From Candidatus Poribacteria bacterium (GTDB lineage: Bacteria > Poribacteria > WGA-4E > WGA-3G), in assembly GCA_965215265.1 (NCBI GenBank), contig OZ244048.1:1984001-2048000 (forward strand): DNA of 64,000 bases, written 5' to 3'. The position numbers and the translations under genes are program-made. The stretch's first letter is position 1, and each line of letters opens with the position of its first letter. Positions 19,238 through 29,176 of the stretch are shown one piece after another. The notes under the pieces are model-generated. The model was not told the origin of the DNA. It saw nothing but the letters and a program-made list of their open reading frames with translations, and did no database searches.

Positions 19238-20881
19238 CTATCTTTCGTGCAGGGCATCTGGCAGTTGGCAAAATGTAATACCGAACTTTGTGAGTTCGCG
19301 TTGCCCGATGTAAGTGCCCGCTCCATACACAACCGCCCGCCTATTCTTATCACGGCTGGCATCGTGGATTTGGCGCGCCCGCTCTAAGGTGAGCATAGCC
19401 GCATCGCTCTGCAGGTAGTCGAGAGCCGGTTTGTAGAGGAGATAGTAGTCCGTTGTGTCGTCGCTATGAAAAAGTCCGTTCTCATTTTTCGCGGAGAGTG
19501 CATCAGTTGGGACGGCAACACCGGATGCAGTATAGAGGAGGTTTGCGGCGAGTGTTGCATACGGGGGTAAGGCTTCTCCTGTGAGCATTGTGTCGGCTGC
19601 GATGGGTTCGCCGAGGGTGCAGTAGGTAAAGGAGCCGCCTAATCCGTCCCGGAGCGGTGCGTTGCGTGCTGTGGGGATGCCGTTGATGACGCGTCTGACA
19701 CGTTCAGCGGTGATGGTTTGGGCATAATCTTCGCATTCAATGAGGATGAACTTTCGGTTGCCGTTATCTGCTTTGTTGAGGGCGAGGACAGCATGGGCGG
19801 TGGTACCGCTCCCTGCGAAAGAGTCTAGAACAATAGCGTTTTCATCGCTAGCGGTTGCATAATTGATAATTCGTTTTAGTAAATCCGTACGTTTTGGATT
19901 TGGAAACTCAATACCTAATGCCTTCATTAAAGAGGAAGATTCATTAATAATCAGATCCGTCCAAAGGGAACTCACTATTCGTTTATCTGATGGCGGGACG
20001 AAATGTTCTGGCCGATTTGTCTTTGACATTCGTAGCAAATCGGGTTTCTGGGGTGATTGCGCAAACCACCATTCATCAATTTCGGCTTGCCTAGGCGTGC
20101 GTCCACATTCATCAAGCAAACGTGCATAATTTTTTATAGCGTTCAGGCTCCTTTGTTTTTCCCATCTCCATTGACCTGTTTCCGGGGTTATTCCCATCAA
20201 CTCATACCTCATTGTCGGTCTATCGGTGCTGCGCCAATGATTGTTCCAACTTCCGACCTTGTCCTCATCAACATCGACGGTCAAATGCCAAAATTTCATC
20301 TCAGGGGATTTACTGAAGAATAGTATATATTCTGAACCAACATTGAGTCTATCTACATATTCAAATTGGGCTTGAACATTTTTGACACCGCGGCGAACAC
20401 TGATTATATTTCTAAAATTTCCCTCTTTAAAAACCTCATCCATTAGCATTCTTAGATGATGCACTTCATTATCATCAATAGAAATAAAAATGATACCATC
20501 TTCGGCAAGCAGTTCTTTGAGCAGATGCAATCTCGGCCACATCATACACAACCATTTATCGTGCCGTTCTAAGTCTTCACCGTCAACAGGCTGGTTAGCC
20601 ATAAGCCAGCCTTTCATCAGCGGACTGTTGACGTTGTCGTTGTAAACCCACCCTTCATTGCCGGTGTTGTAGGGCGGATCTATATAGATGCACTTGATAC
20701 GGTTGGCATACCGGGGCAGCAATGCTTTGAGTGCATGCAGGTTATCGCCGTGGATGATGAGATTATCGTCTGCTTGGGCAGGGTTACAGGAACGGTTAGT
20801 GTCCTGTTCCAGGGGGCGGTATGGGACGGTGAGGTGGTGTGCATAGATATGCTGTTTGCCTTTAAACTCAAGTGTGGGCAT
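19238..20881 (-). CDS. mod: Type III R-M adenine methyltransferase (Mod), copy 2
   Basis: IYIDPPYNTG (motif IV) precedes LDSFAGSGTT (motif I), beta-class; followed by res start. Confidence 0.93.
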   Translation of the reverse strand: MPTLEFKGKQHIYAHHLTVPYRPLEQDTNRSCNPAQADDNLIIHGDNLHALKALLPRYANRIKCIYIDPPYNTGNEGWVYNDNVNSPLMKGWLMANQPVDGEDLERHDKWLCMMWPRLHLLKELLAEDGIIFISIDDNEVHHLRMLMDEVFKEGNFRNIISVRRGVKNVQAQFEYVDRLNVGSEYILFFSKSPEMKFWHLTVDVDEDKVGSWNNHWRSTDRPTMRYELMGITPETGQWRWEKQRSLNAIKNYARLLDECGRTPRQAEIDEWWFAQSPQKPDLLRMSKTNRPEHFVPPSDKRIVSSLWTDLIINESSSLMKALGIEFPNPKRTDLLKRIINYATASDENAIVLDSFAGSGTTAHAVLALNKADNGNRKFILIECEDYAQTITAERVRRVINGIPTARNAPLRDGLGGSFTYCTLGEPIAADTMLTGEALPPYATLAANLLYTASGVAVPTDALSAKNENGLFHSDDTTDYYLLYKPALDYLQSDAAMLTLERARQIHDASRDKNRRAVVYGAGTYIGQRELTKFGITFCQLPDALHER

Positions 20882-20894
20882 TGGACAACTCCAG

Positions 20895-21071
20895 TCAGTA
20901 TGATTTGAAAATGTTATTTAGTGTTCCTCTGCGGACATCTTCGTTGGGTTTCCCAGCAATCGTCACGACACCGGGTTTGGTTGGATGTTTATACTGTTTA
21001 TGACTGCCTCGCGTTGGGTCGAGATACCATCTATCATCTTCAATCATTTTGATGACCTGTCTAAACTTCAT
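20895..21071 (-). CDS. hicA: HicA-family toxin (58 aa, C-terminus possibly clipped; no hicB)
   Basis: Manual translation MKFRQVIKMIEDDRWYLDPTRGSHKQYKHPTKPGVVTIAGKPNEDVRRGTLNNIFKSY; GSH motif. Confidence 0.8.
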   Translation of the reverse strand: MKFRQVIKMIEDDRWYLDPTRGSHKQYKHPTKPGVVTIAGKPNEDVRRGTLNNIFKSY

Positions 21072-21274
21072 AAGAGGTGTCTATCGGATGAAGGTAAGAG
21101 AGATCCGGCATGTACCAGAAATTATTTCGGGCCACTTGGACCTTGATTTATATAAGGGTTAACAGATTTGCTAGAGGACAATTTTCTATCATTCTGAAGT
21201 TGTGTCGAAAGAATCAGCACAAACCGCGACAGACTTTTGGGGGCGTTTTGCGATTCCGACACCCAGTGCCTAAG

Positions 21275-21724
21275 TTAGACCTTTGTCATTAGAGAGGCGA
21301 TGCCCACTCCAAGTGCGACTTTCGCCAATGCCGCATCCAACGTTGCAAGCGGCAAACCCCGCCGCATCGCGAGTTCAAGATAGCTTGCATCATAGGTCGT
21401 CAAGGTATACTTCTCTGCCAATTCACAAACCGCCAGCATCGTGCTTCCTTGCGTAGCCGCGGCAGTATCCACGATAATAGGCAACCTCGCAATCACTTCC
21501 AGATATTCCCAAAAACGTTCTCGGTGAATCCTGTTGCGCCGGTAAGCCATAAGAAGTGCATTGCTGATTTCCTGATAAAATAACGAAGGTACCACAGCGG
21601 CTGCGCGCCCGTCTTGCAATTCCACCAAAAGTTGTCGCGCTTCTGCTTCCACTTCATCGGGGAGAAACCCAGCGATCAGAGTAGAACAATCTACGACAAT
21701 TAACTGCGCCCTTGGTTCTTCCAA
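21275..21724 (-). CDS. vapC: VapC PIN-domain toxin
   Basis: VVDCS, EISNAL, LTTYDASYLELA, LATLD. Confidence 0.9.
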   Translation of the reverse strand: MEEPRAQLIVVDCSTLIAGFLPDEVEAEARQLLVELQDGRAAAVVPSLFYQEISNALLMAYRRNRIHRERFWEYLEVIARLPIIVDTAAATQGSTMLAVCELAEKYTLTTYDASYLELAMRRGLPLATLDAALAKVALGVGIASLMTKV

Positions 21725-21942
21725 TGGGTTACCTCACAAACCGTGCCGACCGGTGCTTTGGCACGCAACGCTAGCAATTGTCCATACGCCTGATTCGCTT
21801 GGATTTGCGCGACATCTCCAGGGGGCATCATGACCGCTACCACTTTCCCGCGGTTGGTAATCGAAAAATGCTCCCCGTTCTCAACACGCTTGAGAAGCCT
21901 TGATAAATGTGTCTTTGTCTCGTGAATACCGATCTCTGTCAT
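21700..21942 (-). CDS. Phd/YefM-family antitoxin
   Basis: IGIHETKTHLSRLLKRVENGE-ITNRGKVVA; overlaps vapC. Confidence 0.9.
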   Translation of the reverse strand: MTEIGIHETKTHLSRLLKRVENGEHFSITNRGKVVAVMMPPGDVAQIQANQAYGQLLALRAKAPVGTVCEVTHWKNQGRS

Positions 21943-21959
21943 GTGAAACTCCTTTCTAA

Positions 21960-21983
21960 CTAGCTTATCAACCTAGCTTATCA
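21960..21983 (-). promoter_or_regulatory. Tandem TGATAAGCTAG repeats, likely TA autoregulation operator
   Basis: ctagcttatca occurs twice just upstream of the antitoxin RBS. Confidence 0.5.
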
Positions 21984-22099
21984 CATCTCCATCTCAAAAG
22001 CAAATTATAAACGCGTGGAGGAGATAGGCATCTAAAAACGGAGCAGATTGAAGGGTTCTTTTGTTGCTCAGATTGAATTTTGCTTTCGATAGTATCGCG

Positions 22100-22230
22100 T
22101 ATCTCAAGGCGACCTGTGTCTGCTGACAGCGGCGTGGCACGCTGGTGCACGATTTATACCGTATCAGGGTTTCCAACCATCGGCTGAAAGTGTCAAGTGC
22201 GTTGCGTTGATACTGCTTTAATTCCATCAT
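22100..22230 (-). pseudogene. res: Type III Res gene stub, copy 1
   Basis: MMELKQYQRNALDTFSRWLETL then the same junction sequence as copy 2; 30 nt shorter than copy 2 at the junction. Confidence 0.65.
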
Positions 22231-22242
22231 ATCTTTGCCTCT

Positions 22243-23856
22243 CTATCTTTCGTGCAGGGCATCCGGCAGTTGGCAAAATGTAATGCCCAAGTTTGTGAGT
22301 TCGCGTTGCCCGATGTAAGTGCCTGCTCCATACACAACCGCCCGCCTATTCTTATCACGGCTGGCATCGTGGATTTGGCGCGCCCGCTCTAAGGTGAGCA
22401 TAGCCGCATCGCTTTGCAGGTAGTCGAGGACCGGTTTGTAGAGGAGATAGTAGTCCGTTGTGTCGTCGCTATGAAAAAGCCCGTTCTCATTTTTCGCGGC
22501 GAGTGCATCAGTTGGGACGGCAACACCGGATGCAGTATAGAGCAAGTTTGCGGCGAGTGTTGCATACAGGGGTAAGGCTTCTCCTGTGAGCATTGTGTCG
22601 GCTGCGATGGGTTCGCCGAGGGTGCAGTAGGTAAAGGAGCCTCCGAGGCCTTGACGCACCGTTTTGTCTTTGGCAGTCTCAACGCCGTTGATGACGCGTC
22701 TGACGCGTTCAGCGGTGATGGTTTGGGCATAATCTTCGCATTCAATGAGGATGAACTTTCGGTTGCCGTTATCTGCTTTGTTGAGGGCGAGCACGGCGTG
22801 CGCAGTCGTGCCTGAACCGGCAAAGGAATCTAAAATAATATCCGCATCTTGGGTGTAAAGAGATATAATTTCCTTTATTAGCAATGATGGTTTAGGATAG
22901 GAGAATTTGTCAGGACCTAAAATGTCCTTCAACTCAAGACTGCCATGTGCGGTTGTTTTAACAATTTTGGAATCAAGCAGAGATGAATATGCTGTATAGG
23001 TTTCAGTACCAGCAGGTATGATTTTATATGCCTCAATGCGCCCGTCTGATTGCTTCTTAAAGACAACTCGGTTGTTATCAATGAGGTCTTTCATTGTAGA
23101 TTTGCCAACCCTCCACCGACCCGCTGTGCCATCTGATTTTATAGGATAGATGTCGCCAAATTCATTAGAATGAACGGGATAGTACATTGTTGGTGCATCT
23201 TCCCGCCTATCAAACTGGCCCCATTGTCGTAATCTCTCTGTTGATTCGATTTTCCTAACTCGCTTGTCTGCTCTGAATTTTACAAAGGCCTTATGTTTGG
23301 CATACGTAACGATATACTCATGTAATGTGGCAATATTTTTTGTAGTACCCCCGCGGCCCAGCCTTGAACGCCAGATTAAAGATGCAACAAAATTCTCCGC
23401 ACCAAAAATCTCATCCATCAACAGTCGCAAATGAGGCTGTTCGTTGTCATCTATAGAGATAAAAATCGCGCCATCTTCGGAGAGCAATTCACGCAGTAAA
23501 TGCAGCCGGGGCCACATCATACATAACCATTTATCGTGCCGTTCCAAGTCTTCACCGTCAACAGGCTGGTTAGCCATAAGCCAGCCTTTCATCAGCGGAC
23601 TGTTGACGTTGTCGTTGTAAACCCACCCTTCATTGCCGGTGTTGTAGGGCGGATCGATATAGATACACTTAATACGGTTGGCATACCGGGGCAGCAATGC
23701 TTTGAGTGCATGCAGGTTATCGCCGTGGATGATGAGATTATCATCTGCTTGGGCAGGGTTACAGGAACGGTTATCGTCTCGTTCCAGGGGGCGGTATGGG
23801 ACGGTGAGGTGGTGTGCATAGATATGCTGTTTGCCTTTGAACTCAAGTGTGGGCAT
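22243..23856 (-). CDS. mod: Type III R-M adenine methyltransferase (Mod), copy 1
   Basis: DPPY and FAGSG motifs; start MPTLEFK matches copy 2. Confidence 0.93.
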   Translation of the reverse strand: MPTLEFKGKQHIYAHHLTVPYRPLERDDNRSCNPAQADDNLIIHGDNLHALKALLPRYANRIKCIYIDPPYNTGNEGWVYNDNVNSPLMKGWLMANQPVDGEDLERHDKWLCMMWPRLHLLRELLSEDGAIFISIDDNEQPHLRLLMDEIFGAENFVASLIWRSRLGRGGTTKNIATLHEYIVTYAKHKAFVKFRADKRVRKIESTERLRQWGQFDRREDAPTMYYPVHSNEFGDIYPIKSDGTAGRWRVGKSTMKDLIDNNRVVFKKQSDGRIEAYKIIPAGTETYTAYSSLLDSKIVKTTAHGSLELKDILGPDKFSYPKPSLLIKEIISLYTQDADIILDSFAGSGTTAHAVLALNKADNGNRKFILIECEDYAQTITAERVRRVINGVETAKDKTVRQGLGGSFTYCTLGEPIAADTMLTGEALPLYATLAANLLYTASGVAVPTDALAAKNENGLFHSDDTTDYYLLYKPVLDYLQSDAAMLTLERARQIHDASRDKNRRAVVYGAGTYIGQRELTNLGITFCQLPDALHER

Positions 23857-23908
23857 TGTACAACTCCAGTCAGTATGATTTGAAAAACTCATTTACCTTA
23901 GTTAGCTT

Positions 23909-23937
23909 AGCATATTACATATCAAGTGGAAAGTCAA
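23909..23937 (-). promoter_or_regulatory. sigma70-type promoter of the mod array
   Basis: TTGACT-17 bp-TATGCT. Confidence 0.55.
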
Positions 23938-23974
23938 GAGAATATTCAATCTTTTAGGAGGATATTTGGTTTGA

Positions 23975-24150
23975 GTATTACCTTGCGTACCCCTGCCAAT
24001 CATCGGTGTAATAGCCCTTCACCTGCCACTTTTCTAAGCGGTGGATGAGTTTTTCAAGGTTGCTCCCGATGACCACATTCCCAGGCGATGAGTTCTCCGG
24101 TATCACGACACAAAACTTTCCATATCCAGAGTTTGTTTTTTTGACAGGAA
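23975..24150 (-). mobile_element. IS1-family transposase (InsB) remnant
   Basis: A7C slippery run (24136-24142), then KLWIWKVLCRDTGELIAWECGHR, frameshift, LEKLIHRLEKWQVKGYYTDDWQGY. Confidence 0.75.
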
Positions 24151-24169
24151 CATGTCTGCTAATGGATAG

Positions 24170-24198
24170 TTGACATCTCCTCCCTAAAATGGTAAAAT
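24170..24198 (+). promoter_or_regulatory. sigma70-type promoter
   Basis: TTGACA-17 bp-TAAAAT with extended -10 TG. Confidence 0.7.
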
Positions 24199-24214
24199 AT
24201 CCGTTGAAGGAGGA

Positions 24215-25963
24215 TTGGACGTGAAATTGTTACGCTTTATACTTATTTTTGTTTTTGCAATTGGAAATTATGCCGCTGTGGCGGAGGATGGCACCCCGCC
24301 GTGGAAACCCACTGGAAGATATACACACCCGCCTATCCGAGAAAGCTCCGGTATTGTTGCCAGTCGGCAGTTTGACGGAGTCTATTGGACGCTCAATGAC
24401 TCTGGCAATCCGGCGACGCTTTACGCTACCAAGCGTGATGGTGAGTTGATTCAGGAAATTACGGTAAATGGTGCTCGAAACATTGACTGGGAGGCACTCG
24501 GCATTGACGACAAAGGGCAACTCTGGATTGGCGAAATCGGTAATAACAGTCGGCTGCGAATAGATCTGAAGGTTGTTGTTGTTGTTGAACCGAACCCCTA
24601 CACAGAGACAGAAGCAGAAGTCGTCGGGAGTTATCCGTATCGATATCCGGAAGAGAATGTCGATGCAGAAGGACTGTTTATTACCGGTGGGCTGCCTTAC
24701 ATTGTCTCAAAAGAACGTGAGCGTGCTGTGCTATACCGTCTCCCTTCACTTCAAGCGGATGAGAAACAGACCTTGGTATATGTGGGCGAATTCACCGGTG
24801 CAAAATGGATTACGGGTGCAGGGTTGTCAACTGATGGCACGCGGCTTGCCGTTTGCACCTACGACGCGTTATGGGTATATCACGAAAACGAGCACGGCGA
24901 TTCTACGCAAAACCTCGCGAAACTCATCCAGACAGAACCGTGGGTACTGCCGCACGATTTTCGTGGAGAAGCTGTCTGCTTTGATGGCTATGATCTGGTT
25001 TTGACGAACGAAGCACGTGACATCTACGCCCTACCGCAATTGTGGTACGAGAAAGGTTGGGAATTGCCGCCAAATGACACGGTGCCTGTGACGGACGGAA
25101 CGCTACAAGTAGAGAGTTACAGAGATGCTGGCATTGATATTGATGGACAACATGTCATTTTGCAGCCTACCACAGCCACAGATGGCCTCGCTTTTTCTGT
25201 TGAAGCCGCATACAAAAACGTTTATCAAATCAGCACTGTTTTGACCCGAGGTCCAGAATACGGCACCGTTAAATTATCTATTAATGACGTTGTCGTCGGG
25301 CAGCCCTACAATTGCTATCACCCAACGCCCGTCGCCGGAACGTTCGTGACGTTTGGCACAGCCCCGTTGAACGCCGGTGTCAATCGGTTGGTGCTAAAAA
25401 ATGTTATGAAGTCAAAAAAGGCTGACGGCATCCCTAAAATTGGAGTGGATTCGTATCAACTGCGCCACCGTTCTACTTTTGCAAGGCAGTATCTCGTTTT
25501 AGGTCCCTTTCCACGGGTGAGCCTTGAAAACATTGATGCCCCTCTTCCTCCGGAAAGTGAATTAAACCTTGATGGGACTGTTGACGGCATTGACAGCAAA
25601 ACCGTTCGCTGGCAGGAAACCTCTGCTGAAAGTGATGGCATGCTGGATTTGCGCAAAAATATCGGTAGCGCCCCGGTTGCAGTGGCGTACGCGTTGTGCT
25701 ACGTCTATGCACCAAAATTGATGGACGTTACGCTATTACTTGGCAGTGATGATGAGGTTGCGGTGTGGTTAAACGGCACGGAAATCCACCGCGTGAATCT
25801 CAAGCGCCCTGCCGTTGCTGATGAAGATGGGATTCCGTGCCAGCTGAACGCGGGATGGAACAAGGTTTTGTGCAAAATCGGCCAGAGCGGTTGGACGTGG
25901 GGGTTGTATCTGCGGTTTACGGATGCCGAGGGGGTTCTTAAATATGGGACGGCCCCTGAGTAG
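24215..25963 (+). CDS. Secreted multidomain protein (beta-propeller + carbohydrate-binding-like beta-sandwiches)
   Basis: Signal peptide; ESSG...NDSG and DWEA propeller motifs; C-terminal LGSDD-VWLNG-GWN module. Confidence 0.75.
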   Translation: MDVKLLRFILIFVFAIGNYAAVAEDGTPPWKPTGRYTHPPIRESSGIVASRQFDGVYWTLNDSGNPATLYATKRDGELIQEITVNGARNIDWEALGIDDKGQLWIGEIGNNSRLRIDLKVVVVVEPNPYTETEAEVVGSYPYRYPEENVDAEGLFITGGLPYIVSKERERAVLYRLPSLQADEKQTLVYVGEFTGAKWITGAGLSTDGTRLAVCTYDALWVYHENEHGDSTQNLAKLIQTEPWVLPHDFRGEAVCFDGYDLVLTNEARDIYALPQLWYEKGWELPPNDTVPVTDGTLQVESYRDAGIDIDGQHVILQPTTATDGLAFSVEAAYKNVYQISTVLTRGPEYGTVKLSINDVVVGQPYNCYHPTPVAGTFVTFGTAPLNAGVNRLVLKNVMKSKKADGIPKIGVDSYQLRHRSTFARQYLVLGPFPRVSLENIDAPLPPESELNLDGTVDGIDSKTVRWQETSAESDGMLDLRKNIGSAPVAVAYALCYVYAPKLMDVTLLLGSDDEVAVWLNGTEIHRVNLKRPAVADEDGIPCQLNAGWNKVLCKIGQSGWTWGLYLRFTDAEGVLKYGTAPE

Positions 25964-26032
25964 GCTGTGCGCGTCATCGCCCGCACGGGGAATGGTAGAG
26001 GAACCGTGGCGCGTTCTTTTTTTGCTGCTACC

Positions 26033-29000
26033 TTATGAAATGCGTTCAACACCCAGCGTTGCCTGTTCGCCATTCAAGTTTTGTGCGAGTACAAAGGTGT
26101 TCGGTGTCGGCACCTCAATAACGTCGGTGGTGAGTGTTTCACTGAGAATGTAGTCACGATGTACCGCGAACGCTTCCTTTACAATCTCGGACGTAGATTG
26201 CAAGCTCAGTTTTATCCGGTCGGAGACGTTAAAATCTGCCTCCTTCCGCATATTCTGGATTTTGTTGACGAGTTCTCGTGCCAATCCTTCCAAAGTAAGT
26301 TCGTGCGTCAGTTCTGTTGACAACGCCACGAATTTCTGTGCATCGGTTTCCACGAAGAACCCTTCTCGGTTCTGTGTCTGCACGTCAACTTCCGATGGCA
26401 ATAAGGTGTACGTTTCCCCGCTCCCTTCAATCTGTAAGTTCCCGGTTGCCTCAAGTTCTGCGTTCAAGCACGGTGCATCGCCTGCTGCCAGAATCTTCGC
26501 AATCGTTTGCACTCCCTTGCCGTATTTCGGTCCTAATACCTTAAAGTTGGGCTTGAGCGTGACCTGTGCGAAGGCGTTCATATCCTGCGTGAAGACAATA
26601 GATTTGACGTTAAGTTCACCGTGAACCAATTCTGCTAAGCGCGTAACGGTTGCTTGCTGTGCGTCAGAAAGCCCACCGATTGTGAGTTCAGAGAGGGGTT
26701 GACGTGTTTTTATACCGGACCGATTTCGGGCTGCGTGTCCCATGCTGATAGTTTCTCTAGCAAATTCCATGTCTCCCTCTAACCCCGTATCTTGGAGCGT
26801 TTCATCCACCGTTGGGTATGCTGTAAGGTGAACACTCAAGGGGGCATCGCTGTTAAGCGAACGGACTAGGTTTAGGTAGATTTCATCTGCCAAAAATGGG
26901 ACGAAAGGTGCAGCGAGTTTTGCGATGGTGACCAGTACCTCATAAAGCGTCGCGTAGGCAGCCTGTTTGTCCTTGCCTGCTTCTGTGCCCCAGAACCGGT
27001 CGCGGCAGCGTCGGACGTACCAATTGCTCAGGTCGTCCACAAGTGCCTCAATTGCGCGAGGTGCATTGGTGAGATGATAGTTTTCCATCTCGTTGCGAAC
27101 TGTGGCAATCGTGGTGTGGAGCCGTGATAGAATCCACCGATCCATGAGCGAAAGTTCGGCAGGAGCCGGGGGCCCTTGCAAGACCTCGGGCCCTTCAATA
27201 TTGGCATACATGACAAAGAAACTGTAAACGTTATGGAGTGTTCCCATAAATTTCTTCAAAGTTTCGTCAATGCTGTCAACGTTGAAAGCGCGCTGTGCCC
27301 ACGGTGGACAGGCAGTGAACATATACCACCGCATGGCATCTGCGCCCTGTTTATCAAGGATTGTCCACGGATCTACGGTGTTGCCGCGGCTCTTGCTCAT
27401 CTTTTGGCCGTCGGGGGCCATAACGAGTTCGAGACAGAGGCAATTTTTATAGGCCGGCTTTTCATATAACAGGGTCCCGGTTGCTAGGAGGCTATAGAAC
27501 CAACCACGTGTCTGGTCAATAGCTTCGGAGATGAAATCCGCCGGATAGGATTTCTCAAACAACTCCTTGTTTTCAAAAGGGTAGTGCCACTGTGCTGTAT
27601 GTGCGCAGCCTGAATCGAACCAACAATCGATAACATCCGGTACGCGGTGCATGGTGCCATCACACTCTTCGCAAGTCAGTTTTATTGCGTCTACATAAGG
27701 CCGGTGGAGTTCAATATCATCTGGCACGCTCGTGCAGTGTTGTTTCAGTTCGGCGATACTGCCGATGCAACGTTGATTTCCGCATCTCTCACATGTCCAA
27801 ACGGGGAGTGGCGTTCCCCAGTAACGTTCCCGGCTTAACCCCCAGTCGATGTTGTTTTCTAACCAGTTGCCGAACCGTCCATCTTTGATATGCTCTGGGT
27901 ACCAGTTGATTTGCTGATTGTGCTGGAGCATCTGTTCTCGGATAGCGGTTGTACGGATGAACCATGATTCGCGTGCGTAATAGAGAAGTGGGGTATCACA
28001 TCGCCAACAGAAGGGGTAGTCGTGCTGATACTCGTCTTTCTTGAGTAACAGGCCACGCTGATCAAGTGCTTCAATAATTTTCGGGTCAGTTTCTTTAACG
28101 GATTCGCCTGCCCATGGGCCGACTTCTGGTACAAATTGCCCGTTAGCGTCTACCAACTGGACCAAGGGCAGGTTATGCTGCTGCCCGATGTTATAGTCAT
28201 CTTGCCCGAAAGCCGGGGCGATATGTACCAAGCCGCTGCCGTCTTCGAGCGTTACAAAATCGCCTGCGACAACGTAGTGCGCTCTTTGATTGTGTTGCGC
28301 GAAATCGAAAAGCGGTTCGTAGTCCCAGTTGAGCAGCTCATGTCCTTTGTAGTTCGCCGTGACGTGCGGTTGTTGTTCTCCAAATACCTTGGGTAAAAGT
28401 TCCTTTGCAAGGATGAGGTTCTGCCCGTTGTGTTCAACACAGACGTAGTCGTAATTTTCACCGACGGCAACGGCGACGTTAGATGGCAACGTCCACGGTG
28501 TCGTTGTCCAGACAAGGAGGTGAGTATTCTCTCTATTTTTGAGTGGAAATTGCACGTAGATAGAGGGGTCAGAAATGTTTTTGTAGCCGAGTGAAACCTC
28601 GTGGCTTGCAAGGGTTGTGCCGCACCGGCAGCAATACGGCTGCACTTTATGCCCTTGATACAGCAGTTTCTTCTCCCACGCTTGCTGTAGAATCCACCAG
28701 ATGCTTTCAATGTAATCGTTTGATAACGTGATGTACGCGTCATCCAAATCGACCCAGAATCCGATCCGTTCTGTCATCTGCCGCCATTCTTGTTCGTATT
28801 GGAACACGTTCTCTTTGCACTTTTCAATGAAGTTCTGAACGCCGTAAGCTTCAAGTTCCGCCTTGTTGGTAATATTAAGTTGCTTTTCGACCTGATATTC
28901 AACTGGCAATCCGTGCGTGTCCCAACCTGCTTTTCGGTGCACGTAGTGCCCAGTCATCGCCTTATAGCGACAGACGGCATCTTTCATGACGCGTGCTAGG

Positions 29001-29176
29001 ACATGATGTACCCCAGGCGGCGCATTGGCAAACGGCGGACCTTCAAGGAAAACAAAGGGCGGCTCGGCTTTGTGCACCGTCATGCTTTTTTTGAAGATGT
29101 CATTGTCACGCCAGAAATCTAAAGTCGCTTTCTCTTTCTCGGCGAATGTAAATTGGGGAGATACCTCTTCAAACAT
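26033..29176 (-). CDS. ileS: Isoleucine--tRNA ligase, type 2 (IleRS2)
   Basis: EGPPFAN, GWDTHGLP, WTTTPWTL, SRERYWGTP, KMSKS; long IleRS2-type C-terminus; HIGH position reads GVHH. Confidence 0.96.
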   Translation of the reverse strand: MFEEVSPQFTFAEKEKATLDFWRDNDIFKKSMTVHKAEPPFVFLEGPPFANAPPGVHHVLARVMKDAVCRYKAMTGHYVHRKAGWDTHGLPVEYQVEKQLNITNKAELEAYGVQNFIEKCKENVFQYEQEWRQMTERIGFWVDLDDAYITLSNDYIESIWWILQQAWEKKLLYQGHKVQPYCCRCGTTLASHEVSLGYKNISDPSIYVQFPLKNRENTHLLVWTTTPWTLPSNVAVAVGENYDYVCVEHNGQNLILAKELLPKVFGEQQPHVTANYKGHELLNWDYEPLFDFAQHNQRAHYVVAGDFVTLEDGSGLVHIAPAFGQDDYNIGQQHNLPLVQLVDANGQFVPEVGPWAGESVKETDPKIIEALDQRGLLLKKDEYQHDYPFCWRCDTPLLYYARESWFIRTTAIREQMLQHNQQINWYPEHIKDGRFGNWLENNIDWGLSRERYWGTPLPVWTCERCGNQRCIGSIAELKQHCTSVPDDIELHRPYVDAIKLTCEECDGTMHRVPDVIDCWFDSGCAHTAQWHYPFENKELFEKSYPADFISEAIDQTRGWFYSLLATGTLLYEKPAYKNCLCLELVMAPDGQKMSKSRGNTVDPWTILDKQGADAMRWYMFTACPPWAQRAFNVDSIDETLKKFMGTLHNVYSFFVMYANIEGPEVLQGPPAPAELSLMDRWILSRLHTTIATVRNEMENYHLTNAPRAIEALVDDLSNWYVRRCRDRFWGTEAGKDKQAAYATLYEVLVTIAKLAAPFVPFLADEIYLNLVRSLNSDAPLSVHLTAYPTVDETLQDTGLEGDMEFARETISMGHAARNRSGIKTRQPLSELTIGGLSDAQQATVTRLAELVHGELNVKSIVFTQDMNAFAQVTLKPNFKVLGPKYGKGVQTIAKILAAGDAPCLNAELEATGNLQIEGSGETYTLLPSEVDVQTQNREGFFVETDAQKFVALSTELTHELTLEGLARELVNKIQNMRKEADFNVSDRIKLSLQSTSEIVKEAFAVHRDYILSETLTTDVIEVPTPNTFVLAQNLNGEQATLGVERIS

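Noticed and set aside
19238-23856. Phase-variable simple sequence repeats in the mod genes
   Set aside because: No SSR tract seen in either coding sequence or the promoter
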